From positions 14,880,001 to 14,944,000 of the forward strand of contig OZ281497.1 of the NCBI GenBank assembly GCA_965637545.1: a DNA stretch of 64,000 nucleotides, read 5' to 3'. Each line of letters starts with the position of its first letter. Position 1 is the stretch's first letter. The stretch is from Phallusia mammillata (lineage: Eukaryota). Positions 11,859-25,340 of this stretch are shown piece by piece. A program made the translations under genes and the position numbers. Under the pieces are notes generated by a model. It was not told where the DNA came from. It worked only from the letters and a program-made list of their open reading frames with translations, and did not search any database.

Positions 11859-13503
11859 CTGTAAAAGATCAGTTGTTAGTTAAAAAATGTTTTCTGTGCA
11901 AATACAAAACGGCATGACAGTCCGTAATTCCAGGTGGTCAACCGTCAACCATTCACTAGGCCTATAACGTTGCTTAAGTTCACGAATCACATTAGATGAG
12001 GTGTTCTTAACGCGTTGTGATTGCAGACAATCAAGCCCACCTAATCACGCATTTCGTGATGTAACTGTTGGCGCTTGTCACACGGTATTTGAACAACATT
12101 TTTGAAATTGAAACCACAACGGAATCACAGATTGCGACAACCAAAACGGTGTAACTGTGACCCAAAATTTGAAAACCTCTGAAATCAAAATGATCCAGAA
12201 CGGCAACTGCTATATGGAACATGTCCCAAACTGCCCTTTTGAGTACAACATTTTTTACGTGATACACAGAAAGCTTTATCCAACTTTCCAAACAAACATG
12301 TAATAATTTGTAATGAAAGAATTTATAGGGCGCATATATGGTGATTAACTGAAAATTGTGGATTATAATATATAGCTGTAGTTATTATAATCTATCATTG
12401 GTTCAAAACCCAATGATGTAATATTTTACTAGGTCAATGCATTTTGATCCAAAGGTTATTAAACGGATTGCACCACAATATGAATCAGTCCACGTTACAC
12501 CAGCCATACGTCAAATAGGGAAGTGTGAGGAGATACTAGAGTTTCGACCTACGAGTTTGGCCAAAATTATAAACACAAAGTCATATTGCATTATATAAAT
12601 CATATTGACTTGCATACGAAACCTGCAGAGTCTTGTGATCATACTGTTCAGAATTCCCGAAAATGATTCCCCTTTCAGAAAAAGGAGAAAACCCCCCTAA
12701 AGAACGCATATAGATTCACGCTTGTGTTAACAATTTTGTAGAACTGAAATCCCCTATAGGCAAAAATAGGCTACCTATTCAGTGACAGCTTGGCAAGATT
12801 TACGGTTAAATAAAATTTTCTTCCGAAAGAATTTACTAACCTGTCGATCTCACTGCAACAGACTTTGCGAATTTAAACATATTTCTGCCATGTTCTGCCG
12901 TGTTTTTTAAACATTTTCAGGTTCATTTAAAAAAGATTAGGAAAGGCACTAAGTCCCCGCCCCTTTCAACCTGTTTTATTCAGCTTACTAATAATCCAGA
13001 TTAGGCACAAGCAACCGAATTACCAGCAGTTGCACTATGGTATAGCGGTATGTTGTTCAGAGTAATATCGATTGAGCCAAATTCTCAAATTCTACTAAAT
13101 GAGGAAATGCGTTTTAGCCATAAAGAATGTAGTGAGTTCAAAGTTTTAAATTACCCTTATAAGTATTTTAATGCAAAAACCTGTTACGCACCAAAAGAAA
13201 ACCTATGAATAACAGAGAAGAAACATTTATTTGAGGTCCAACCTCAACAACCTTTGCCCACAAACCGGCACAGTAAGAAGATGTCGAAGAAAGCAACACG
13301 AGCAAAGAACGCCCAAAACGCAAAATACAGTGGAAAGAAAATGGATGTCGTAAGGCAGAAATCGTACGTTTGTGTTTACTACAATACAGCTGCCTAATAA
13401 ATATGGCATCTGTGCGCAACAAAAGTCCAGCGAAGTCCTCGCTTCGAGTCTCGCTGAAAAAAACAAACTGTTGGACAGCAGCACCTAGCGGCAAGATCGG
13501 GTT

Positions 13504-14825
13504 TTAGTACGTGAACACGTAAACAGCTGTTCCGCCAAAATTTGTCACTGACAAACGATAATCTTCGGTATTATCATGCCGGGATACTGACACAGAACAA
13601 GGTAAACGTATTGCGTGTTCAGGATCTGGAACGATGTGCCGCAGAAAGTTGCCCTCGCGATCGTAGACGGAAACTCTATTGTTCCACATATCGGCAATCA
13701 CAAGGTTGTTTTCGCAATCGACCGATATACCGTACGGAAGGTCAAGTTCTCCATCGCCTCCACCTTTTGTGCCAAAGGATCGCACAAGTTCGTTTTCTTC
13801 GTCAAAAATCTAGAAATAACGTAGAAATACCAGTTACGTGACAATTTCTTAAGCATACAAAAAGTTGCGTAAAAACGAAATAGACCAGAAAAGACCGGCC
13901 CGACTTGCAACTCTACATGGTTCTTATTTATCATTGCCACATGACACTCACAAAGACTGCCTTTCTAGTTTGCCGACTTTTTTGGATTCTTATTCCTCTG
14001 TTGAAGGCAGTGATGCACTAATTACCCGCCTTAAAAGTTTCGGGCCGAAACCGAATATTCAGATAATTTCGGCCGAATCTGGCCGAACCTAAAATCGCCT
14101 TTCTGGAGGATGTTTTTATTCAAACCTTGTGTTGTTGTTGTTGCAGGTAAACTCATTTACGAAACTCCAAAACACTTTTACGATACGTAAACTGAAAAAC
14201 ACATTGTTTTTGCAGACAACGTGACTCGTGTTTTTTATGGAAACTATAGATGCGAGAGTTAGGTTAATTTATGATGCTTCAAATTGGCGATATTGAAAGT
14301 TCGTGCTCTAATTTCAGATACCAAAAAAGTTCGGTATCGGCCAAATTAAAAAAAAACTCTGGCCTAAATCGAAACTTTGGCATTACAGAATATACAGCCA
14401 AAATGTTTCGGCCAACCGCAACTTCGGCGCATTTAGTAGTTTTGAAAGCATTGTTTTGTGCATTCATAAGCAATGACAGAATACTTTAGTTCAAGTATGA
14501 AAGCTATTACAATCGTCAAGCGTCGCTGTCTTAGGATGCAAGGCACACTGTTCCGACTTGTGCAGCGACAAACTGAAAACTTATGAGACAAAATTGCTTG
14601 AAACACAGGATCAATGAAACCACGAAAATTAACAATTAAAGGTAAAATAGAATATTTTTCCTACCGATATCCTGTCTTTCCAGTCAACGACAATTATATT
14701 GTCATCACTGTCAACGGTGACGCCCACTGGACAATCAAAATCTCCGGTCAGTTTGGATATTTGTTGACCATTCGGTGATATAATTTTTACAGCGTTGTTA
14801 TCAGTATCCGTTACTATGATTTCAC
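13504..14825 (-). CDS. Duplicated terminal exon pair of the NHL gene (middle copy): exons 14825-14665 and 13809-13504
   Basis: Intact splice sites and an identical peptide to the gene-proximal copy. Confidence 0.75.
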
Positions 14826-16470
14826 CTGTAAAAGATCAGTTGTTAGTTAAAAAATGTTTTCTGTGCAAATACAAAACGGCATGACAGTCCGTAATTCCAG
14901 GTGGTCAACCGTCAACCATTCACTAGGCCTATAACGTTGCTTAAGTTCACGAATCACATTAGATGAGGTGTTCTTAACGCGTTGTGATTGCAGACAATCA
15001 AGCCCACCTAATCACGCATTTCGTGATGTAACTGTTGGCGCTTGTCACACGGTATTTGAACAACATTTTTGAAATTGAAACCACAACGGAATCACAGATT
15101 GCGACAACCAAAACGGTGTAACTGTGACCCAAAATTTGAAAACCTCTGAAATCAAAATGATCCAGAACGGCAACTGCTATATGGAACATGTCCCAAACTG
15201 CCCTTTTGAGTACAACATTTTTTACGTGATACACAGAAAGCTTTATCCAACTTTCCAAACAAACATGTAATAATTTGTAATGAAAGAATTTATAGGGCGC
15301 ATATATGGTGATTAACTGAAAATTGTGGATTATAATATATAGCTGTAGTTATTATAATCTATCATTGGTTCAAAACCCAATGATGTAATATTTTACTAGG
15401 TCAATGCATTTTGATCCAAAGGTTATTAAACGGATTGCACCACAATATGAATCAGTCCACGTTACACCAGCCATACGTCAAATAGGGAAGTGTGAGGAGA
15501 TACTAGAGTTTCGACCTACGAGTTTGGCCAAAATTATAAACACAAAGTCATATTGCATTATATAAATCATATTGACTTGCATACGAAACCTGCAGAGTCT
15601 TGTGATCATACTGTTCAGAATTCCCGAAAATGATTCCCCTTTCAGAAAAAGGAGAAAACCCCCCTAAAGAACGCATATAGATTCACGCTTGTGTTAACAA
15701 TTTTGTAGAACTGAAATCCCCTATAGGCAAAAATAGGCTACCTATTCAGTGACAGCTTGGCAAGATTTACGGTTAAATAAAATTTTCTTCCGAAAGAATT
15801 TACTAACCTGTCGATCTCACTGCAACAGACTTTGCGAATTTAAACATATTTCTGCCATGTTCTGCCGTGTTTTTTAAACATTTTCAGGTTCATTTAAAAA
15901 AGATTAGGAAAGGCACTAAGTCCCCGCCCCTTTCAACCTGTTTTATTCAGCTTACTAATAATCCAGATTAGGCACAAGCAACCGAATTACCAGCAGTTGC
16001 ACTATGGTATAGCGGTATGTTGTTCAGAGTAATATCGATTGAGCCAAATTCTCAAATTCTACTAAATGAGGAAATGCGTTTTAGCCATAAAGAATGTAGT
16101 GAGTTCAAAGTTTTAAATTACCCTTATAAGTATTTTAATGCAAAAACCTGTTACGCACCAAAAGAAAACCTATGAATAACAGAGAAGAAACATTTATTTG
16201 AGGTCCAACCTCAACAACCTTTGCCCACAAACCGGCACAGTAAGAAGATGTCGAAGAAAGCAACACGAGCAAAGAACGCCCAAAACGCAAAATACAGTGG
16301 AAAGAAAATGGATGTCGTAAGGCAGAAATCGTACGTTTGTGTTTACTACAATACAGCTGCCTAATAAATATGGCATCTGTGCGCAACAAAAGTCCAGCGA
16401 AGTCCTCGCTTCGAGTCTCGCTGAAAAAAACAAACTGTTGGACAGCAGCACCTAGCGGCAAGATCGGGTT

Positions 16471-19400
16471 TTAGTACGTGAACACGTAAACAGCTGTTCC
16501 GCCAAAATTTGTCACTGACAAACGATAATCTTCGGTATTATCATGCCGGGATACTGACACAGAACAAGGTAAACGTATTGCGTGTTCAGGATCTGGAACG
16601 ATGTGCCGCAGAAAGTTGCCCTCGCGATCGTAGACGGAAACTCTATTGTTCCACATATCGGCAATCACAAGGTTGTTTTCGCAATCGACCGATATACCGT
16701 ACGGAAGGTCAAGTTCTCCATCGCCTCCACCTTTTGTGCCAAAGGATCGCACAAGTTCGTTTTCTTCGTCAAAAATCTAGAAATAACGTAGAAATACCAG
16801 TTACGTGACAATTTCTTAAGCATACAAAAAGTTGCGTAAAAACGAAATAGACCAGAAAAGACCGGCCCGACTTGCAACTCTACATGGTTCTTATTTATCA
16901 TTGCCACATGACACTCACAAAGACTGCCTTTCTAGTTTGCCGACTTTTTTGGATTCTTATTCCTCTGTTGAAGGCAGTGATGCACTAATTACCCGCCTTA
17001 AAAGTTTCGGGCCGAAACCGAATATTCAGATAATTTCGGCCGAATCTGGCCGAACCTAAAATCGCCTTTCTGGAGGATGTTTTTATTCAAACCTTGTGTT
17101 GTTGTTGTTGCAGGTAAACTCATTTACGAAACTCCAAAACACTTTTACGATACGTAAACTGAAAAACACATTGTTTTTGCAGACAACGTGACTCGTGTTT
17201 TTTATGGAAACTATAGATGCGAGAGTTAGGTTAATTTATGATGCTTCAAATTGGCGATATTGAAAGTTCGTGCTCTAATTTCAGATACCAAAAAAGTTCG
17301 GTATCGGCCAAATTAAAAAAAAACTCTGGCCTAAATCGAAACTTTGGCATTACAGAATATACAGCCAAAATGTTTCGGCCAACCGCAACTTCGGCGCATT
17401 TAGTAGTTTTGAAAGCATTGTTTTGTGCATTCATAAGCAATGACAGAATACTTTAGTTCAAGTATGAAAGCTATCACAATCGTCAAGCGTCGCTGTCTTA
17501 GGATGCAAGGCACACTGTTCCGACTTGTGCAGCGACAAACTGAAAACTTATGAGACAAAATTGCTTGAAACACAGGATCAATGAAACCACGAAAATTAAC
17601 AATTAAAGGTAAAATAGAATATTTTTCCTACCGATATCCTGTCTTTCCAGTCAACGACAATTATATTGTCATCACTGTCAACGGTGACGCCCACTGGACA
17701 ATCAAAATCTCCGGTCAGTTTGGATATTTGTTGACCATTCGGTGATATAATTTTTACAGCGTTGTTATCAGTATCCGTTACTATGATTTCACCTGTAAAA
17801 GATCAGTTGTTAGTTAAAAAATGTTTTCTGTGCAAATACAAAACGGCATGACAGTCCGTAATTCCAGGTGGTCAACCGTCAACCATTCACTAGGCCTATA
17901 ACGTTGCTTAAGTTCACGAATCACATTAGATGAGGTGTTCTTAACGCGTTGTGATTGCAGACAATCAAGCCCACCTAATCACGCATTTCGTGATGTAACT
18001 GTTGGCGCTTGTCACGCGGTATTTGAACAACATTTTCGAAAAACCACAACGGAATCACCGATTGCGACAACCAAAACGGTGTAACTGAGACCCAAAATTT
18101 GAAAACCTCTGAAATCAAAATGATCCAGAACGGCAACTGCTATATGGAACATGTCCCAAACTGCCCTTTTGAGTACAACATTTTTTACGTGATACACAGA
18201 AAGCTTTATCCAACTTTCCAAACAAACATGTAATAATTTGTAATGAAAGGATTTATAGGGCGCATATATGGTGATTAACTGAAAATTGTGGATTATAATA
18301 TATAGCTGTAGTTATTATAATCTATCATTGGTTCAAAACCCAATGATGTAATATTATACTAGGTCAATGCATTTTGATCCAAAGGTTATTAAACGGATTG
18401 CACCACAATATGAATCAGTCCACGTTACACCAGCCATACGTCAAATAGGGAAGTGTAAGGAGATACTAGAGTTTCGACCTACGAGTTTGGCCAAAATTAT
18501 AAACACGAAGTCATATTGCATTATATAAATCATATTGACTTGCATACGAAACCTGCAGAGTCTTGTGATCATACTGTTCAGAATTCCCGAAAATGATTCC
18601 CCTTTCAGAAAAAGGAGAAAAACCCCCTAAAGAACGCGTATAGATTCACGCTTGTGTTAACAATTTTGTAGAACTGAAATCCCCTATAGGCAAAAATAGG
18701 CTACCTATTCATTGACAGCTTGGCAAGATTTACGGTTAAATAAAATTTTCTTACTAAAGAATTTACTAACCTGTCGATCTCACTGCAACAGACTTTGCGA
18801 ATTTAAACATATTTCTGCCGTGTTCATTCAGAAGTTTGCCCTCCTTCGACCAAACTGTCACACATGAGCCGCAGGCGATCACAATGTTTCCTTCCGGTGT
18901 TTCGCACATCTGTGGAGTCGCATAATAGCAAATGTTTACAAATGTTTACAAATGTTATGTTTTGGACGAAGGTTGTTTGCTGCAAGTTAGGAGATTCATA
19001 TGAAGCGCTTTTGCAGCTATCGGGAGCATAACTTGTGAAAACATGGTTAAGCACACAGTCTTTATCGAGTCACAAATTCACCTTGACACTTAAAGGCCAC
19101 TTCAGCGTGTAACACACGCATTTGGATATCATGCCCATATGTATATATATATATATAGTCTCATTTAAAGACATGCGTATAAAGTTTTTCAATGACGTTT
19201 CGTCGAATTCTTTCATAGTGAATAGGAAAGGCGAGGTTAAATCAATTGACATTTGTAATTTGTTTGCCAAGCAAAAGTACCAAGCCAGCTTGCGTAATAT
19301 GTTACGCATGTGGTAGTTTTAAATGGCAAAAATACACAGAACTGCCTCGTTATCAATGTGACGTAATTTACACAGGATACGTAAAACCCGGCAAATTAGG

Positions 19401-21712
19401 TATATGGTATTAGAATTATCGTGGAAAACGTGAGATCAATGTGTAATTACTTAACTGATGACTTAACTTGACGTCACACGATTAGTGTTTGCACAAATGT
19501 CAAACACTTTTAAAAGCAACAAAAGATCATGAAACAAACGAAGTTTTCGCTATTGTTGACCATTCTTGAAAAGCTATGTCAAGAATGTGTGCAAATTTCC
19601 TATAACCTATCAAAACGTTGTTTGGGTGAAAAGCCTTTTATTGATATCGTTAAAAATGATTTTTTTCGGTTACACCCTTACACTGTTATGGCGCAACTGA
19701 AGAAACGTGATTTCGAAATCAATAAATTGTTTAAAGAGAAACTAGTTTCACCTGGTAAGGCTCAAAGGGTTTGCCTGCCTTTGTCGTTCTGGTGTGGAAA
19801 GATTTGACGAGTACTCCATTGCGGTCGTAAGTCTGTATAATTCGCTCTTCTTTGGCTGTAATCACCGACACATAACACAAACCTGACTTGCCCAGGTGTG
19901 TCCCAAACACAAGACCACCAGTGGGTAGCTTTCTGTTAAAAAGTCATATTAAACAAAGGAACTATTTAAAAATGGTATAGATTATAGAACTTACTTTACA
20001 CTTTTCGGCATGAGCCACGTTTTGACACTTGGTCCTGCTGGTGGGACCATGCGCTTCTGCCTAAACACACAAAAACAGCCTTCAGCTTCACGTATGTTAA
20101 CTGCTTAGCGTTTAATATCTGTGCACAATCGTTTTTCCTTAAAAATCAATACAACGTAGCGTCAACAACAGCAGCCTTACAACCGTTCAAAACCCTTTAC
20201 CTCCTTGACGCGACGAACATCTCGTTGTGTATGGCAATTCCCATGGCACTTAAAAACGCTACAAAAACCATTGCCCAAGCAAAATCAGTCGTTTTCACAA
20301 GTATACTCACGGGGAATTAGATTTCTTCTTGTGACTGCTGTTGGTGTATGGCGGGCTGTTCACGTACTCGCTGATGGTGTTGTTGGCGTTCACGTCTACC
20401 GAGTGAATACTGCACACGAGGCTGTCAAAAGCGCCACCACAGTTTAGCGAAGTGTCAACTGACGAGTTGCGTTTTGACCTGGCAACAAACACGTCTAGGT
20501 GTGAATGGCCGCCAAGAAAAGCTATATCTGCGAACGTTCGCCAGAAGTGTGAGAAAGGAAACGCGTGGGGAATAAAGTGACAGCCCCACTGTTCAAACAC
20601 ACGTTGTGCAATCGATGAATCTACTTGCAAACAGAGGTGTGCCGCGACAAAGACTATAAATTACCACAGGAGCTGACTTGTGACAACCTGTACAGTGTAT
20701 ATTCCACGATCCTATGTCACGAAATTTTGTTGACAAACATTCGTAGAAAGCGCGTGCCTGGTATCACCATGCTAGAATACATGCAAACTTTTTGCGTACA
20801 CCAGCTGTGAGTTAAACACGATCCACATTTACACCGTTTTACTTTCCACAACAAATACTCGAGTCATTCGGGGGCGTTTTCTCCGATTTAGTGCTATTTC
20901 GTACCGCTAATGACTAATTTCCTAAACTGAATTTGGCCGCTATAGTTCAAGCCTCGGGCAAAATGTCTCGACACATTTGTTTAAAACAACTCATAACAGA
21001 ACAAACATTAATACGTATTTTTGTAACTTTGCGACAATTACGACAAAACCAATGAGTTTAGCCGATACAGCAAGATCGGTGATGTACAATATAAGCTTTA
21101 GTTGTGTTACTCCAGATAATGAAAGTTACAATACACATCCAGACAAGCTTTTGCAAACGCTTGTTGGATTGATAGTTAGTCCACCAGTAAGTATTAACAA
21201 ACACCGCTGGACGCAGGCAATAAGCCCACAACACGAACCATTGTTCCATTTCCGTATCATACCACTCTGGAAGGGATTGCTTTCCCAAAAAGGTGGGCGA
21301 TTTTAAAGGCTGAATTAAGGTTTCCAATAGACTGCGGGAACGTGGTCTATAGGTACGAAGTAGGTTAAAAACACTGAAATCTTACAAAGGAACTTTTCAT
21401 GATCAACAGAAGCCATTTGATAAACAAGCGCTCAATGAAAAGAACAATGTATAACCTTACACGTTTTAGATGGCATACGTTGTTTTGCTTTAATTAACTT
21501 ACTTTGAGCCTTTACCAAACGTGCTGGTTCTTGTGGGGGAAGTCTGCTCACCAAATGGAGACCCAGATGAGTTTGACGAATTCGACAGGCTGTCAGCCGG
21601 GTTTACTTTTAAATATTGTGACCCAACAAACATTGAATAAGGCCTTGGGCTCTGCAAGTTCGGTGAGCGCCGTTTGCTAGGCAAAGGTGAACGTCTTCCG
21701 TTCATAATTCCA
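16471..21712 (-). CDS. NHL-repeat six-bladed beta-propeller protein (TRIM2/3/Brat-like C-terminus); 5' end unresolved
   Basis: Phase-consistent exons 21712-21503, 20478-20311, 20060-19995, 19932-19752, 18909-18771, 17792-17632, 16776-16471. They encode a Ser/Pro-rich linker followed by NHL repeats: EPYQMCETPEGNIVIACG, FAKSVAVRSTGEIIVTDTDNNAVKI, CPVGVTVDSDDNIIVVDWKDRISIFD, LPYGISVDCENNLVIADMWNNRVSVYDREG, ending VYVFTY*. Confidence 0.88.
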
Positions 21713-24402
21713 CTTTTGTTTAAAATGCAATTCGCCCAAATCAGTAAATCTGTCAACTTTATGACTAAACACTTTAACTAGTAAAACATAAACACAAATT
21801 GACAAGAGACCAAAGGTAAAATAATAAAAGTACTGCCATTTCCTCATCAGCACATGAACAACTTTCGTAAGTTAACTATAACACCGTCACTAACCAAAGC
21901 TAAACAAATACTTGGTTGACATAAGACTGGAAGTGTCGCCTATGAAAGTACTGCAATTTCCTCGCAAAACATGGACAAATCTGTGAGTCAACGCCTACAT
22001 GGAGTGTATATATAACTGATGCAAATCCTTGTTCAGTCAAACACATGTGAGTTATATTGCTACGCAGCGCAACATGCGTCAGGCCTTGATTTGTTGTCTT
22101 GACGTGGGTGCAGTATTTCTTGCCTTATAAGCATGAACGTGTGCCATTGTTTCCCAAAACTGAAGGCAACAGAACGACATGTCTATCGAGCGGTCGCAAG
22201 TTTGATCGGGAAACACATTTACGCCATAGTAGTTTCGATGAAGCAAAATAGGGGTCGGCTATTCACAAAAACTGACGTTAATCTACGCATTTGGTGAAAG
22301 TTTCTAACATTACATTGCCTGAAAGGATTGCCCAGATTCCTACCATGTCGTTCCACATCGTCTAACGTGTTTAGACAAAATGTCGATCACTATGACCAAC
22401 ACCCATTTTTAAAAATGTGTCTTGGTTATTATCCATAAACGTTTTGGCTTTTTAAATGAGACTTAATGTTGTCCTGAGAGAGGAGCAAACTGGATTTTTA
22501 TTGTTTAGAAATACTTTTAAAATAAGTTATATTAACTGCGCATTAATGAAAACAAATTGTGGAAAAAGTCGTCACTTTACAAACACACAAACCGACATAT
22601 AGTTTTTGATTGTGTTAACTAAAACACCGAAAATACGATTAACAACAGTATTACCGTGCAACGTGTACTTTTTCTGTAACATACACTAACTCCTCGAAAA
22701 ACTACAAAACCGAACATACATCGAAAAATACGACTGTGGATACTTTTGTTGTCAAGTTTAAGCTTTGCGTGGCCTCCCTGTGATATGGCATTGCAGTTGC
22801 CACTAACTTTGATTAAGAAACGCAACGATAACTTCAGGCTGCTGAAGAATATGTATCTCAGTGAATAGAACGGATTGCACGAGCACGCCATACCAGTTCC
22901 TGTTTCCTGACGCTCATTGAATGACTGAATCATGTATACCCTGCGAAAGACGCGGCGCGATGCGAAACGTGCTGGTCTCATTTCTTTAGTTTGAGGTTAT
23001 CATTTACCGCAGGCCAGTGCACGCTGTTTAATTGGTGCGCGATATTCTGCGGCTAAAACGTGCCTTGCAGCATTGGGTAGCTCCGCCTCCGCGCACAAAA
23101 GGGTCGTCTCTGCCTCAACTTGACTGATTGTTTAAAATCCGATACGGAACGACAGGTGTATCGCAAACATTCGGCTGCACTACTGGTCTCAAACCTGACA
23201 TTCCTTTTTGCGGCCGTAAAATACAGAAACACACAACACAAAAGACTGGCCACAAGAGTAAAACCTTAAATAGCGATAATCTGGGTTTTGACTTAATGTC
23301 AAATTTGCGATTGGTTATGGAATTACCAACGTATGTCTGGCAGGTATCCGGACAAATACTGAACCACAGAAAACTCTGGCCCACGGCGGAAAAGTAACAA
23401 CGTCACAGGCGAACGTTCGAAACAGACTTGTTTAAAACAACAACAACTTATTCTAATTTAAAACGACTTGATCTTTGGAATATTTATTCGATACAAGTCG
23501 ACAAGGTTCACCGGCGTGCAAACCTTCACCGCATTATCAGACAAGCGCAACAGTTATAAGAAAGTGTTAGTTTATAATAACCACACAAATAGAAAGCATT
23601 GTTACAAAAAAAAAACAATAATCATAAATGTTATTTGAAGAAACATTAACTTACCGGCAGTTCCAGAACGTCGCAAAGCTACATGTACCAATCCGGAAGC
23701 CAGCCCACTATTTCATACACAGCGGCCCTATCAAAGTTTGAAGACACCTATTATAAACAAAGTAAAGTACTGAAATACTTAGACGGTAGTTAACAGCCTG
23801 ATGGATAACATGCATGATATGACTTCCTTGTAAGCACGGTTGCCATATCGCAACCAAGAGCAATTAACATACAGTAGTTAAAACACTGTGTAAACAGTTT
23901 TACTGCTACTGTTTAGAGGGGGCAACTAGACAATGGAACATCTACACCAGTTGATTCTTACCCTCGTAGTTGAACAGTTTTCTCCAGTACACGGTACTTT
24001 AACAACAAACAACACGAAAATTAACACCGGTACGCTCGACGGAATGATTGTGTCAAAACGCTACTGTAATAAAAGGTCAATTGTAGAGAGACCTTTTAAC
24101 TCGTCAGAGGATCAGTGAAGCTTGTAGACTGCTGTAAAACTACATTGTGTTGCCACAAAAGGCAAAGCCCGGACTAAAACCCCATAAACACGCTGTTTTT
24201 TTAATTCAATGTAAATTATTGATGAATACAACGTGCTACCTGACACTTTTTCTCCGGTGGGCAGGCAATATTCTATAATTATTCGCATCTTATCTACACG
24301 CGAATTTATCTTACAGAGAATATTAAAATAAAATAACTGTTTACCAAGTATGCTTACACACAAGGTTGACACGATAGGTCAATTTCAGGCTGCGACTCGA
24401 AG

Positions 24403-25340
24403 CTAATTGATTTCTATTGGCGTGCGGTCGTTCCTCATTTGTTCAGGCCTGTTACGCCGCACCACGACTTCCTGTTTCCTTTTCTGTTGAAGGGGGTGTT
24501 CAGGAGGCGAATCCTGGAAGGTCTCGCCAAAATACATCGTATTTTTCTAAGTGTTTTTTACAAACCGAATTCAACAAGACGATAGTGATCAAACTGTTTA
24601 CTCATTGCATTACTCCTGAAACATGCTGTGGCTGTTTTGCTTTTGACAAACTTGCAGGCGAATATGCAGGTGCCCAAGAACAGTTTTGCTGCCGGTTAAT
24701 AGCTCTAGTAAAAGGAAAGTAAAAGTCTCTGACGCAACACTATCAGTGCACCTAATTTATCAAAATCCCGTCAAGTACTCTGACAGCGTCCCTAGCCTGT
24801 AGGCGCAAGTTTTTATCTATTCATATATCGGCGCAAGTTTCTGCTGCGATACGTCAGTTGAAGGTCAATTGCAATGCGACACGGTAATTTACCAAGGGAC
24901 ATACAAATCGAAGGCGATTTTTACACTGACGTACATCTTATACGTCATTTGGGGATTCATTGACGTATTTTTTTGCAAAATATCAGTGAATTCTAAAAGA
25001 CACCATCAAAGCTACCCAGACAATAGGTAAAATTGTGCAGCAAAACGCACACTTTTGGTACGGCGGTGATTAGGGATCGACTGAAACTTGCAATTCTCTA
25101 ATAATGTGAGAACGGTTTAGTTTTATCATATGGTAGAGTGGTTTCTTAACTTATTTACTTGTTAGTCCCCCCTAAAGTCACAAACCTGTTCTCGTGCCCC
25201 TTGTATTTTTCAAACAGTTACTGATATTCCATAACCATGATGATTCTGCATTCTCGCATGCTTTTTTATCGTCTTGGAAAGAAATTGACGTTGTACTAAA
25301 TACTGAGACCAGCTGCTGGTATCATTTTCACCTGCCTCTG
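24403..25340 (-). CDS. Putative 3' exons of an uncharacterised gene
   Basis: Four exons, 25340-25236, 24992-24935, 24704-24614 and 24546-24403, join in phase into 133 codons (EAGENDTSSWSQYLVQRQFLSKTIKKHARMQNHHEFTDILQKNTSMNPQ...RNDRTPIEIN*). Two of the acceptors are strong. No domain recognised. Confidence 0.5.

Larger units (their letters stand above)
9358..18824. repeat. Tandem segmental repeat, 2967-bp unit, about 3.2 near-identical copies
   Basis: The ORF track repeats with an offset of exactly 2967 (10201/13168/16135; 10537/13504/16471). Unit starts (tataggg...catatatggtgattaactg) recur at about 9358, 12325, 15292 and 18254. Copies differ by scattered SNPs and one small indel near 18097. 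Confidence 0.97.

Noticed and set aside
12031-12291. 86-aa minus-strand ORF repeated in each tandem unit
   Set aside because: It lies within the C-B intron, is not needed for the NHL frame, and is truncated by an indel in the gene-proximal copy (18012-18221).
20977-21327. Overlapping 109-aa (plus) and 89-aa (minus) ORFs inside an NHL intron
   Set aside because: There are no convincing splice sites or motifs, and the flanking NHL exons join in phase without them.
23838-23853. X-box-like gttgccatatcgcaac
   Set aside because: The spacer is too long for the RFX consensus, and there is no defined downstream ciliary gene.
24447-24718. Plus-strand exon chain PVTPHHDFLFPFLLKG...GEYAGAQEQF
   Set aside because: The pyrimidine-rich acceptors are the antisense of purine-rich minus-strand codons, and the chain hits a stop at the next candidate exon.
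25133-25190. hAT-like end (agagtggtttcttaactt...cccccc)
   Set aside because: I found no matching opposite terminus or TSD.
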